Of a DNA stretch of 64,000 bases, positions 1 through 12,376 are shown piece by piece; the first letter of the stretch is position 1, and each line of letters begins with the position of its first letter. The translations under genes were made by a program, and so were the position numbers. The notes beneath the pieces are model-generated. The model saw only the letters and a list, made by a program, of their open reading frames with translations, was not told the origin of the DNA and ran no database searches. Origin of the DNA: Octopus sinensis (Eukaryota); assembly GCF_006345805.1 (NCBI RefSeq), contig NC_042997.1:124620001-124684000 (forward strand). The letters are read 5' to 3'.

Positions 1-59
1 GCACATTATTTTTAGATCACTTTTTAGCGAAATGATCCGCTGCATACACAGGGGTTTCG

Positions 60-375
60 TTGGATTATGCTGGCGCTGTTGATGATGACGATGATAGTGG
101 AGGTGGTGGTGGTTATGGTGGAGGATGTGCTGTGATCTTGATAGTAATGGGGAAAGGTGATGGCGGTGGATGGTGAAGATGCAGGGATACTTGTGTGTGT
201 GTGTGTGTGATGGTGAAGTTGGGATGGGGGTGGGCGGAAGGCGTGGTAGTGTTGGTGATGGTGGTGATGGTTGGTTGGAAATAAAATTGACAGCAAAAAT
301 AAAATCTAATTCTTCGTTCACAAGAAAGAGTAAAAAGAAGAGGATGAGGAGGAATAAGGTGAAGAGGAGTAGGCG

Positions 376-412
<37 letters not shown>

Positions 413-421
413 TGAAGAAGA

Positions 422-456
<35 letters not shown>

Positions 457-560
457 AGAAGAAAAGGAAGAAGAAGAAGAAGAAGAAGAAGAAGAAAAGG
501 ATGATGATGATGATGATGATGTTGAGGAAGAGAAAAGGGGAAGGCCTGGATGCGAGGGCG
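60..560. repeat. Compound microsatellite block (GAT/GGT, GT, GCA, GAA, GAT)
   Basis: Successive runs such as (gca)n at about 378-411, (gaa)n at about 412-498 and (gat)n at about 500-522. These explain the low-complexity ORFs 24..296, 113..598 and 170..415. Confidence 0.95.
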
Positions 561-949
561 ATGTGGAGTGCAGAAGGAGGAGGGCGTATATACTTCAACG
601 TTGTTTTAGTCCCATCTAATGTTTCTGTAGCTTGAGGTTAATATAATCAGTGGCTTCACTGACCTCAAACTGGCCTTTCATTGACCTTTCCTGCTAGTTC
701 TATTATTAGACTCAAACAGACAGTGATAGTAAACACTACACATTTTACTGCTCGGTAGAACCAAGTTTATTCACTTCTCCATTTTGTATTTCCTTTCTTT
801 CTCTGCCTTAGACGGCGGCAACATTTATGAACTGATGAACAAAAGGAGACTCTTCGTTGTATTCTGCAACATCTTTGCTGCTGCTGCTGCTGTTGTTCTT
901 GTTCTTGTTGTTGGTGGTGGTGGCGGTGGTGGTGATCAGGTTGCTGAAG

Positions 950-1300
950 GATTTCCGTCGTTCGACGATAAATATTCAGTGGTTCAATCAACTGAATTAT
1001 CTACGCCTGAATTAGTCTGTAACTGGCTGAGAATTCCGCAGACCCTTATGGCCTTAATGTAATTCGCAGGTACAATCAGTGTGTCTCACTGTGTGACAAG
1101 GGCTGTTCCAAATTCAACTGCCCTTGTCACACATATACAATCCATCAACCGGTTACCATGTGTTGCCCTACATCCAGTTTCACTCAAAGCCAATGAGTTG
1201 ACTCGAAATATGAGCATTGAGTATAAGCTCAATATGCGATTCGAACCCGGACCTCATGGTTGCGAGGTAAATTTCATTGACCATGCGGTCGTGTTGCGCG
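950..1300 (-). mobile_element. Degenerate tRNA-derived SINE, with a tail shared with the SINE at 10866
   Basis: The minus strand has a B-box-like GGGTTCGAATC (about 1238-1248). Its tail agcccttgtcacac...gaattacattaagg resembles agccttgtcacactc...gagaataacgttaagagtacac at 11054-11116. It includes a 14-bp stem, tgtgtgacaagggc/gcccttgtcacaca, at about 1090-1133. Confidence 0.6.
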
Positions 1301-1371
1301 AAGACGTTCGACCATAATCGCGTTATAAAATGTGTGGTTTTCTGTCAAGTTGAGATAGAAATCTTAGACAT

Positions 1372-1574
1372 TTTGGCCAGCAATTTCAGGAGAGGGCGTA
1401 AGCTGATTACATCGACTCCAGTACTCAACTGTTGTCTATTTTATCTATACTGAAAGAAAAAAAATTGAAAAGCAAAGATGACCGCAGTGGAATTTGACCT
1501 CAGAACGTAAAGAGTGACGAATTGCTGTTAAGAAATGTGTCCGGAGTGCTAACGATTGTGCCAGCTCACCGACT
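1372..1574 (-). mobile_element. tRNA-derived SINE, family 3 (Meta-like central core), degenerate
   Basis: Minus head agtcggtgagctggcacaatcgttagcactccgg...ttctgaggtcaaattccac aligns with the copies at 25120-25355 and 40324-40647. Confidence 0.7.
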
Positions 1575-2184
1575 TAAAAAGGTTTCCTGATTTTGCACAG
1601 GATATTTTTTGCTTCGTAGGGAATAATTTCAGACTAAACCCTCACCAATTATTTCTTCAACTGAGGGCGGAATGTCTTGGGTAATGGTAGCAGCAGAATC
1701 GGTTTAAATGTTAAAATAAATGCTTTACTGTAATTTTTTCGAATGAGACAACTACCTCCGGAACTCGACACCACCTTCAACCCTACTGTGGCCGATTACG
1801 AGCGAAGTGCTGGAGTCGATTTAATCAATTAACTCACCCCAGAAAAATTTATGATGTTTTTATGTCATGGCGTTCTTACGTTAGAAACAAGTGCTGTTTC
1901 AGAGACAGACAGAGAGAGGGGGGGAGTGAAAGAGAATGAGAGAGAGGAGAAGAAAATGATCGAATGAGAAGTGTGGCGGCAAAAAGATAAGGTGAAAGAA
2001 AGAAATTCACTGCTGCGACATCAGTCTGTTACTAATAATATCGGAAAATAATTTTGCATAAAATTACTGAATATATTCGAGATAAGATTAATATACCTAG
2101 CGTATCTAATAAATTTAAACGTGATTAAGTTATGAATAATAATTTAATTATGTTTCAATTAATTAGATATGTAACAGTTAACTT

Positions 2185-2560
2185 AGTTTTCGGCCATTAT
2201 TGGCCCAGGCCTTGTTTAACTTAATAAGATCACGCTGGACAGATTTTAAGTCATGTTTTGAGACAACATAGTCCACTCGAGTAGTGAATTATAGTCTGCA
2301 AAAATGTATCTTGGTGTCGGTGGTTCGTCTAGTATCTTTTGGAGGAATGTGTCCACGTTCTGTTTAAATGCTGTGGGAGTTTTTTTCCTTTGATTTCTTT
2401 CGGGATATCGTTAAATAAAGTAGAACGACTTGAATGTGAAGAAATGGTATCATAATATTATGATATGATGCCAGTCCAGTTTTGGAGAGGATGTGTGACA
2501 GCAGGGTCTAGCTTTAAATAAATTGTGAAATGATATATGTTTGGACAAAGATGATGGACA
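2185..2560 (-). mobile_element. Old CR1-group LINE, 3' end (frameshifted ORF2 C-terminus plus short 3' UTR)
   Basis: Minus translation across a frameshift gives LFNDIPKEIKG / TAFKQNVDTFLQKILDEPPTPRYIFADYNSLLEW. This parallels LFNILPKSLRN...FKSKLDIFLTRVPDEP...NSILHQ of the LINE at 59142-59840. Confidence 0.75.
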
Positions 2561-2725
2561 GTAGCGCAGGAAAGGAAAGATGATATTAGAATTACAAATT
2601 AAAACACAGAGAGCTAGAATAAAAACCGAAGGATATGATACCTGACGACTAAACCACTCATTTAGTTCCCGTCTTGTAACAAAAAAAAAGCCGTCTGATA
2701 TATGTTTTTCATAAACATTGTATAA

Positions 2726-3125
2726 GCGCAGGCGTGACTGTGCGGTAAGAAGTTTGCTTCCCAACTATATGGTCCCGGGTTCAGTCCCACTGCATAGCAC
2801 TTTGGGAAAGTGCCTTCTATAATAGCCTAGGGCCGTCCAAAGCCTTGTGGGTGGATTTGGTAGAGGGAAACTGGAAGAAGCCCGTCGTATTTATATATAT
2901 GTATATATTTGTGTGTGCGTGTGTGTGTGTCCGTGTTTGACATTCCCGCCATCACTTGACAACCGATGGTGGTATGTTTATGTTCCCCTAACTTAGCTGT
3001 TCGGCAAAATCTGAATAAATACTAGGCTTGCTAAGAAGAAACCCTGGGGGCGATTTTTTCGACTAACACCCTTTAAGGTGGTGCTCCAGCATGGCCGCAG
3101 TCAAATGACTGAAACGAGTAAAAAA
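2726..3125 (+). mobile_element. tRNA-derived SINE, family 1, near full length
   Basis: A-box-like tgactgtgcgg, B-box-like ggttcagtccc, central (TA)/(TG) tract, body acttgacaaccgatggtggt, and tail gcatggccgcagtcaaatgactgaaac. Aligns with eight other copies in the window. Confidence 0.92.
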
Positions 3126-3194
3126 ATAATAATATATACAGATATATATGTATATATATGTACACACACACAAACACATATACACGCTCACACT

Positions 3195-3241
<47 letters not shown>

Positions 3242-3251
3242 ACGCATGCGT

Positions 3252-3351
3252 NNNNNNNNNNNNNNNNNNNNNNNNNNNNNNNNNNNNNNNNNNNNNNNNN
3301 NNNNNNNNNNNNNNNNNNNNNNNNNNNNNNNNNNNNNNNNNNNNNNNNNNN
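3252..3351. other. Assembly gap (100 N)
   Basis: Run of exactly 100 n after a (CA)n tract, typical of a scaffolding placeholder. Confidence 0.99.
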
Positions 3352-4074
3352 CCAAATCTTAAGAAGGTCCTGCAGAATTTTGTAGTTCAAGATATCGTAA
3401 TTATTTGTAGTGTATGAATTAAGGATTTGCGATCTCTCCCCAAGAACCCAAGTTTAGTCATTCTTCGCGTCAAACAGATTGGTATGTATGTTGTTGCTTC
3501 AATAATAGGTATGAAGCTTAAAGTGGATCTAGGATACTGCATTTGCAAACTTAGCAACTGTCCAGGGATTTTCTCTTTCTCTTCTAGTTTCTTTAACCAC
3601 ATTGGTGTCCAGAGGACATTATGTATTTACGAATGGGGAAAGGTATATGAAAGCATGTATGAAAATTGTATGCATATTGTTATATATTTTTACGTCTAGA
3701 TTTTTGGCCAATGGAGAAAGAGACATTCTCTAACCTACAACTAAAGTAAGCGCAAAAGAATTTTGACAACATCAACAGGGTAATTGTGCATCTATGTGTG
3801 TATATGTGCAGGTATTTTGCATTATTACATGTGCAGACCTGTATCTATTGTTTGATGTAACATATACTCATGCATATAGTTGCATGTCTAAACATACGTA
3901 AATTGTGGAAAATACAATTTGGGTATTCATTATAATTTTGAGGGAAATGACAGAATGATCTAACGAAGGTCTTATCTAAAATAATGACCCGATGAAACGC
4001 ATTTTACACATTTGATGGAGGATAGTGGTTACACAATATAATTACGTCACCTCACCAACATACTACTAGTGCAT

Positions 4075-4363
4075 AGGGTGGGGGACAAACACAGATATGT
4101 GTGTGTGTGTGTATGTGTGTGTGTGTGTATGTGTGTGTGTGTATGTGTGTGTGTGTGTATGTGTGTTGTGTGTGTGTATGTGTGTGTGTGTGTATGTGTG
4201 TGACGAACTTCTTTCAGTTTCCATCTACCAAATCCACTGACAAAAATTTGTTCGGCCCGAGGATATAGTAGAAGTGGTGATGAAAGCTATATTAGACGTG
4301 GGACCGAACCCGGAACCATGTCGTTGGGAAGCAAGCTTCCTACCACACTGCCATACTTGCACC
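4075..4363 (-). mobile_element. SINE family 1, partial, with expanded internal (CA) tract
   Basis: ggggacaaacacaga, (TG)n, ctttcagtttccatctaccaaatcc and gaacccggaaccatg...taccacac are the reverse complement of the family-1 head and body. Confidence 0.85.
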
Positions 4364-5660
4364 TTATATCTTTGTTATCGTTTTAAATGTAGTAAATACG
4401 GGAAAAATCTACAGATTTTCAGTTTATTTAAATTCAAATTTCTCCGTCTCAACACATACAAACCTAATCGTACACACATGTGCACACAATATATGTATGT
4501 TTATACACGTATGCTTGCATATATGTAGAACCATATACACATACTTAATTGTTTACTTATATATACATACATATTTACAAACACACACACATATATATAT
4601 AGATGCGTTTGTGTTTGTGTATATTATGCATATACATGGACATATATATATATATATATATATATATTCACATAAAAAAATTATATATATATATATACAT
4701 ACACTGACACACATATCCATATTCTTTTAAACATGACTGTATTAACTGAGTTTTAACTTTGAAATTTTATGTTCTGTGGTGTTAATTTTGTTGGACAACA
4801 CCTGCTTGCTTTACTGATTCCCTTTATGAAGAATCTTCAAACGTAGACCATGCAAATAACCAATTTCTGGCCAGTGTTAGAACTGCAACACCGCAGGCAA
4901 GAGAGTCTAGTCTAGTTTTGTGAAGATTTGATGTTTCCTCACACAGTGACAGGTGTTGGCCAACAAAATTAACACGGAAAATGCAATTTCAAAACGGAAA
5001 CATAACTATTGAACATCCGTTTTCAAATGCTTCACAATATGTGTGAAAGTGTGTGTGTGTGTTGTGTGTGTGTGTGTGTGTGTGGTGTGTGTATGTGTGT
5101 GTGTGTGTACGTGCGTGTCTAACACGCTAAATTACTTTCGATTCTTTTGAGTGGGCGTCTGCCAAAAACGAAATCAGCTTCCACCAACAGATATTCATGG
5201 TAACCTAAAGATACATACTAACAACACGCACACAGATACGCGCACACACACACATAGATGCACTCAAACATACATACACACTCAAACACACATGCATACA
5301 CACACAGCACACACATACACAAACATACGCATGCGCACACACATCGCACTCCACACACACGCACATGACAACCTATATATAAATGCACAGTCGCATTTGA
5401 TCGTATGATAGTATAAATGTATGTCATAAAAATTACCCTAAAGTAACTTCAGCCCCGCTTTATAGTGTACTTCTGTGTCGCTATACCTCCATGTATTCAA
5501 TTCTCAGTTGAATATATATCATGCCGGTAGGGGAGAAATAGAGTAAATTATCGTATAGGTAATATACATCATACACACTCGTCTCTCTCTCTCTCTCCTC
5601 TCTCTCCTCTCCTCTCCTCTCTCTCTCTCTCTCTCTCTCTCCCTCTCTCCCTCTCTCTGC

Positions 5661-5705
<45 letters not shown>

Positions 5706-5774
5706 AATAAAGATAGATAAGTAGATAGACAAAAATGTAAATTATTGAATATACATACATACATATATATATAT

Positions 5775-6067
5775 ATATCGTGAAGTATATTTGCCACTTA
5801 AATGTGATAACCCTTCAGGGTAGATGCTACTGTAGCTTGTAGCCCCAGGAGGACACCTCCTCCAGCTGGCTATTGATACACTTTCTGTGCCCTGTCAGTA
5901 TTTGCAAAGGGAAGAGGGAAGGATGGCTTCCCTTTGCAAATACTGACAGGGCACAGAAAGTGTGTCAATTGCCACCTGGATGTGGTGTCCTCCCTGGGCT
6001 ACAAGCTACAGTAATATCCACCCTGAAGGGTTAGCTATATTTAAGTGGCATATATTATTCATGATAT
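5775..6067. mobile_element. Fold-back MITE-like element (about 290 bp, about 140-bp arms)
   Basis: Perfect 37-bp inner stem 5878-5914 / 5927-5963 around a 12-nt spacer. Imperfect pairing continues out to atatcgtgaagtatatttgccacttaaat / atttaagtggcatatattattcatgatat. No ORF. Confidence 0.85.
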
Positions 6068-6912
6068 CGTGCAGCTACGGTTTATATCTCGCTCAGAGAT
6101 TTATTATTGTTTTATATATATATTAATATGTATGTGTTTGGTTTTGTGTGTGTAGGTATGTATGTTTCTATGTATATGTATGTATTTGATGTGTTTGCAT
6201 TTAAGCTTCAATCGGTAAGTTTGGTATTGAATGAAAGAGAACGAGGGAAGCTGACTTGCATCAAGCTGCAATAGCTGAACATACGCCTCAGTAAAATACT
6301 ATTTCGTACTGAATTTAGCGGTAATAAAGACATAGAAATCTAGACTTATGGAGCTTTCCTGTCAAGTATTTTCGGCTTCCGTAGCCATATTAAAATGCTT
6401 TATTGTAAAGTTTACTTTACTCCACTTAAATTAAGCTTTTATGTTTAGTTTAAGAGAGAAAAGTATATGTGGTTTAAAGGCAGATATACTGAAAATTATT
6501 TTACCTGAACATAAATACCAAGGGAAATCATACTCTGAACATTGCTAGTGTTTTGATCTTGCTCGTAATGTAATAGTAAAATGATATTTTATGTTTTCTG
6601 AAGGTTAAGTTGAAACGAAAACAAGAGCAAATTCTCAGTAGGAACGTCTGAGAGTTAGTTGCTCGAAATTCTGGAAAGGAATTCTTAAAGCTAACAAGAA
6701 ATTCACTATCTCTACAGCTGTCAACAAATCATTGAACCAAGAGCTCTCTTCACCAGTGGATCACTCTCTTCACCAGCCGGAGTCCTCGTGAGAATTTGGG
6801 GTCCATATAAATTTTAGTTGTACAAATTTATGTGCAATAAATTGGTTTGTATTTATATAATGCAGAAAATATTTTTAATACAATTCCTAATAATATATTA
6901 CTATAAACATAT

Positions 6913-7341
6913 CTCTTTTACTCTTTTACTTGTTTCAGTCATTTGACTGTGGCCATGCTGAATCACCGCCTTTAGTCGAGCAAATCGACCCGAGGACTTA
7001 TTCTTTGTAAGCCTAGTACTTATCCTATCAGTCACTTTTGCCGAACCGCTAAGTTACGGGAAGTATACACACCAGCATCGGTTGTCAAGCGATGCTGGGG
7101 GACAAACACAGACACACAAACATATGCACACACACATACACACACACACACGCACACACAAATATATATACATATATACGACGGGCTTCTTTCAGTTTCC
7201 ATCTACCAAATCTACTCACATGGCTTTGGTCGGCCTGAGGCTATAGCAGAAAAGACTTGTCCAAGGTGCCACGCAGTGGGACTGAACCCGGAACCGTGTG
7301 GTTCGTAAGCAAGCTATTTACCACACTGCCACTCCTACGCC
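6913..7341 (-). mobile_element. SINE family 1, full length
   Basis: Reverse complement of the complete head, internal CA/TA tract, body and tail (tttcagtcatttgactgtggccatgc at 6933-6958). Confidence 0.93.
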
Positions 7342-8167
7342 TATGATAGGGTTTTCTTTTAAAGAATGAATGTATTTGAGGATCTACTCGAGTAAAATAT
7401 TATTCGAAGATGTCCATAAGGAAAAACTGGTTGAGAACCACAGCTCTACACAATATACAGCAGGCAAATATTCTGCTAAAGTTGTTATAAAGCAATCTAT
7501 CAGAAATCATCGTTATTAGAACCCAGTTAATCACTATTCTAGCACGTGAGAAATAAATCAGTGGCGCTGTCTCAATATATGCGAGGAAAATATATCAAAA
7601 CTCTTGTTTCCGGAAACAAGACGAAACATTCAAAATTTCTTTCACTGAACAATTTTTAATGAAGCATTGTTAAACAGGCATATCCAGTCCTCATTAGAAC
7701 CGAGACAGCATATTACTGGAATGCTACGTGAGAAAACAAAGCAGCCTCACCAGAGAATAGAAATAAAAATTTGATTGTAAATAAATAATTGAATAAATAA
7801 ATAGAAATTTAAACACGAATGTTCTAACAACCAAAATTACACACGAATACGTACCTGCATTTATTGATTGTTTAGTCAACCACGTATGAACATATTAAAT
7901 AAACACATTAAATGCCTACAAGAGACATTGTCACATACACCTGACTTTTGATAATCAAACTACCACTGAATAATAACAAAAAAATAATAATAACAATAAC
8001 AACAGCAATGATAACAACAACAACAATAATATAAGTAAAATATGATACAGAATTATATGACCAAGAGAAAGATTTTAATCAAATAAATGGAAATTTTATT
8101 GGCATACACACCACTTTTATTTTATTGCAATTTATTTTGTTTATTTACATTGATCGCTTTCGTATAA

Positions 8168-8200
<33 letters not shown>

Positions 8201-8902
8201 TACACACACATATATATATATTCTAATTTATACGACTGGCACCTCACGTGTAGGCGTTTAATAAACACTTCGTTGAACAAGTGATTCGAAATTTTGAGAA
8301 AAATATAAAACCAGGCGGAATGGCAATAGATTGAACAGGAAACTTCGGGAAAAAGCAGACTTCACACGTACAAGTGGTTAAACTTGAATTTAATAAAATT
8401 CATGGAGTAGAGGAGAATTATTGTGCTTTGTTTATAAAAACGAAAAATAAAATCAAGAGCCATCATATAAATTGAGATCTCTGGGTGAATATGTCCTTTG
8501 ACATCGTTCTTCTCTTGGGAGACATGAAGATGAGAAAGAGAGAGGCGGAGGGTTTAATATTTCACAAGCTAACATGCCACGAGCTGATGAAAGCAACACT
8601 CTCAAGCAATAAACGTATCGAGAGCCTTTTGAGGAGATGGAAGGACTCTACCACGCTCACAGCATTAAAGAGACTGATTCACAGGTTTTGAAAATTACGG
8701 CAGTGAAGTTCTACCGTAATAAGGCGTTAGAATACGCATACACGCACGTGCGCTTGCTTGCACAAACGTGCGCACGCGTACGCATATATATTCGTGCATA
8801 AATCTCATTCTCACTTCCTCTTTTCTTATTTGTTTATTTCTTTCTTTCTGTATCCCTATATATATGTATGTGTGTGTGTGTGTGTGTATACATACAAATA
8901 TA

Positions 8903-9259
8903 TTCTTTTAGTCTTTGGTCGAACAAATCTACCCCAGGACTTATTCTTTGTAAGCCTAGTACTTATTATATCGGTCTCTTTTGCCGAACCGCTAAGGCAT
9001 GGGGACGTAAACACACCAGCATCGGTTGTCAAGCGATGGTGGAGGGACAAACACAGACACACAAACAATCACACACACACACATATACATATATATACGA
9101 TGGGCTTCTTTCAGTTTCCGTTACCAGATCCACTCACAAGGCTTTGGTCGGCCTCAAGTTATAGTAGAAGACACTTGTTCAAAGTAACACGCAGTGGGTC
9201 TGAACCCGGAACCATGTGGATGGTAAGCAAGCTACTTACCACAGGGCCACACCTGCGCC
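8903..9259 (-). mobile_element. SINE family 1, tail stem-loop deleted
   Basis: Head and body match family 1; on the minus strand gttcgaccaaag runs directly into actaaaagaata. Confidence 0.9.
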
Positions 9260-9299
<40 letters not shown>

Positions 9300-10167
9300 T
9301 ATATGTGTGTGCGTGCGTGTGTGTGTAAGTATGTTTATATATGTGTACGTCTATATATGTATATATATATATATATGTGTGTTTATGAATATATTTGTGT
9401 ATATGTGTGCGTGTGTAAGTATGTCTATATATTTGTATGTGCGTCTAGATACATGTACACATATGCATCTGCACATATCTAGGTTTATATTTGTAAACTC
9501 GATTGTGATTTTGTTGCTTGTGCACATGCATATGAGAGAGAGAGGAGGAGAAGAGTGAAGGAAGAACAGAATGGAGATAAGGCACAAAGAAGAAAGAGAG
9601 GCAAAGGAAAAGTGAAGGTAGCGCCATATCAACATGGCGACAGGCCACCAGCTAAAACCAGTAAAAGTTTATTTGTGGAATATTATTGTCTAATTATTTT
9701 CATCGCCTACTTTTGAATATGGTTGATTATTTTATAGGATGGAGAGTGTTATCGGTAGTGCGATATGTCAATAGAAATGAATGCTTGCAGTAATTATTTT
9801 TAATGAGAGTGTAAAATGGACATATGCGCGTGGGCTGTGTGTGTTAATATATGCAGTGTATGTATGTATGTATGTATGTATGTATGTATGTATGTATGTA
9901 TGTATGTATGTATGTATGTATGTATGCATGCATGTATGTATATATATATATATATATATATATGTACGTATATGTATACATATACGTACATGTATATGTA
10001 TACATATACGTACACACATACATATATAAATACATACGTATGTATATGTATGTACGTATATGTATACATGCATGCGTGTATGTATATATATATATACATA
10101 CACATAAATACAATACATACAAGCACGCACACATGCATATATCTATAATATACATACATACATACAC

Positions 10168-10207
<40 letters not shown>

Positions 10208-10865
10208 GTATATATACATGTATATATATATAATATATATGTATATATATATATATGTACATATATATATACATATATATATGTATATATATGTATGTAT
10301 ATTATATATATGCATGTGTGTGCTTGTATGTATTGTATTTATGTGTATGTATATATATATATACATACATACACGCATGCATGTATATATATACGTACAT
10401 ACATACATAAACATATACATGCATACGTATAACACAATATATACTGCCATATGTTAGATATGACGGTAGTCAACGCAGACGCCGGTTATAATTATTAGAT
10501 TAATCTGCAGATATGTAGATCTGTATCAGGGACGCACATATCTTCATGGACATCGAAATATTTTGGACTAATTGGGGTATTTCACATGATCGATCAACAA
10601 AGCTTTTTACATACGGAACTCTGTTAATCAAGTCGATGCAACGCTAATTCATTGAAATCAACGAGTGAACAATGTCCTGTACTAATCTATACACTAATGT
10701 ACTTTATGCAAGTCGTACCACTTTATGGTTATATACTACAAGCTAATGTAATAAATATTAGTGGACTCTATGATAATACAGTGTTATTATGAATTCCATA
10801 GCAACATACTATGTTCTTCTGAGTGCAATGTGGGATGTATGCTATTTTACTACACTATACGTAGT

Positions 10866-11116
10866 GGATGCTCAATGGCCCAGTGGTTAGGACAGAGGAC
10901 TCGCCGTCATAGCATCGCGGTTTCGATTCCCAGACCGCCTAAAAGCTCCCCGAGGTTCCGGCCAGGGTGGTGGCGAACCCTGCTGTATTTTTTCATCACA
11001 CATTTCTCTCTCTTTTTCTTCCTGTTTCTTTTGTACTTGTATTTCAAAGGGCCAGCCTTGTCACACTCTTTGTTACGCAGAATCTCCCTCCCCCGAGAAT
11101 AACGTTAAGAGTACAC
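10866..11116 (+). mobile_element. tRNA-derived SINE, family 2, tail type A
   Basis: A box tggcccagtggttagg and B box ggtttcgattccc; the core matches the copies at 34926-35227 and 35957-36330. Confidence 0.85.
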
Positions 11117-11130
11117 ATACGCACACACAT

Positions 11131-11162
<32 letters not shown>

Positions 11163-11170
11163 GTATATAC

Positions 11171-11333
11171 ACGGCCGGCTTCTTTCAGTTCTCGTCTACC
11201 AAATCCACCCAAAAGGCTTTGATCGGCCCGACGCTATAGTAGAAAAAAGTTGCCCAAGGTGCCACGTAGTGGGACTGAACACGGAACCATGTGGTTGGTA
11301 AGCAAGCTACTTACCACACATCCACTCCTGCGC
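11171..11333 (-). mobile_element. SINE family 1, 5' half
   Basis: ggcttctttcagttctcgtctaccaaatcc...gtgggactgaacacggaaccatgtgg...ccactcctgcgc is the reverse complement of the family-1 head. Confidence 0.9.
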
Positions 11334-12062
11334 TTTATGATGGATCTCCGGGAATAAATTACCTCGTATATCGAGGCATTACCGTATATATATAAAGCGA
11401 AAGCTCGTAAAGCAGAGCATAGTAGCAATGTTTTGAATAGCAATTCGTTCCCAGACAAATATTCTACCAATAAAATTTATAATACTCGTAAATAAATGGT
11501 AATAACACCAACAGCAGAATGTAAACTAACAAGAATGTCAACCATAATAGAAAAGTATTATTATCATAATCGTTTTCTGAATCACTTTCACTTGCACTAG
11601 ACACACGCACACTGCCAGTTGTAGACGCAGTCATCCATTTCATAAGCACTCGTAGATGGACTTGTACATTTCTTTTTATATAACAAGTCTAAAATTGTTT
11701 GCTTAGCAGAAGCTTTTATTCGCTCTCTATAAATTCTTCGGTTACACGCAGTAGAATTTCTTATGTTAGAAGAAAATTCTGCTTGGAAAATAAAACTCTT
11801 AAACCCGTGGTCTTGTAAGGCAGGTCCCTGTAAAGTGAGGTATTACAGTATATATATATATATATGTATGTATATAAAAGTAAATAAATGGCACAACGAA
11901 GCACCGATATTTACTGGAAAATAGCGAACGTAATAAATACGACGCTAATGTATAGCTTCACTGCGTATGTACTAGTAAAGATGCGTGTGTGCAACAAACA
12001 TGAAAAAAATTGTCTTACCTCTAGGAAGAACATCTGAAAAATGAAAAACCTAGAAACGGATA

Positions 12063-12134
12063 ATGCAGTACCGGTTTCAGATTCTTCAAAATAAGTTTGC
12101 CAACGTATATTTGATTAGTCTTCATCAGTTGCAT
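12063..12134 (-). ncRNA. Minimal type-I hammerhead ribozyme motif, copy 1 (catalytic core intact)
   Basis: Minus strand: atgcaa CTGATGA agact aa tcaaa t atacgtt ggca aacttat tttga ag aatct GAAA CCGG TA ctgcat. It has the conserved CUGAUGA and GAAA, a palindromic CCGG in place of helix III, and a GUA cleavage triplet. The first pair of helix I is mismatched. Confidence 0.7.
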
Positions 12135-12376
12135 ATACCACGACGACATTTCAAATGTTGCCACATCTATGCCAGTACACTCGTTTGAACGTCATTTATT
12201 TACTTTTATTTGTATAGTTTTACCCTCACGGGCTATCCTTTACTGGAAAGCAATACTCTCGTATTGCATTACTATTTTCATTGAAACTTCTTCACTGTTC
12301 TCGTTCTGTTAACGTTTTGGCGTTCAGACGAGTGTACTGCATAGATGTGGCAACATTTGAAATGTTGTCGAGGTAT

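Noticed and set aside
1030-1075. Minus-strand LIVPANYIKAI resembling the end of an SH3 domain
   Set aside because: It lies inside a SINE tail homologous to 11054-11116, has no upstream SH3 motifs, and a stop follows soon after.
8758-9558. 266-aa ORF
   Set aside because: Made of CA/TA microsatellites plus an antisense SINE; no protein-like content.
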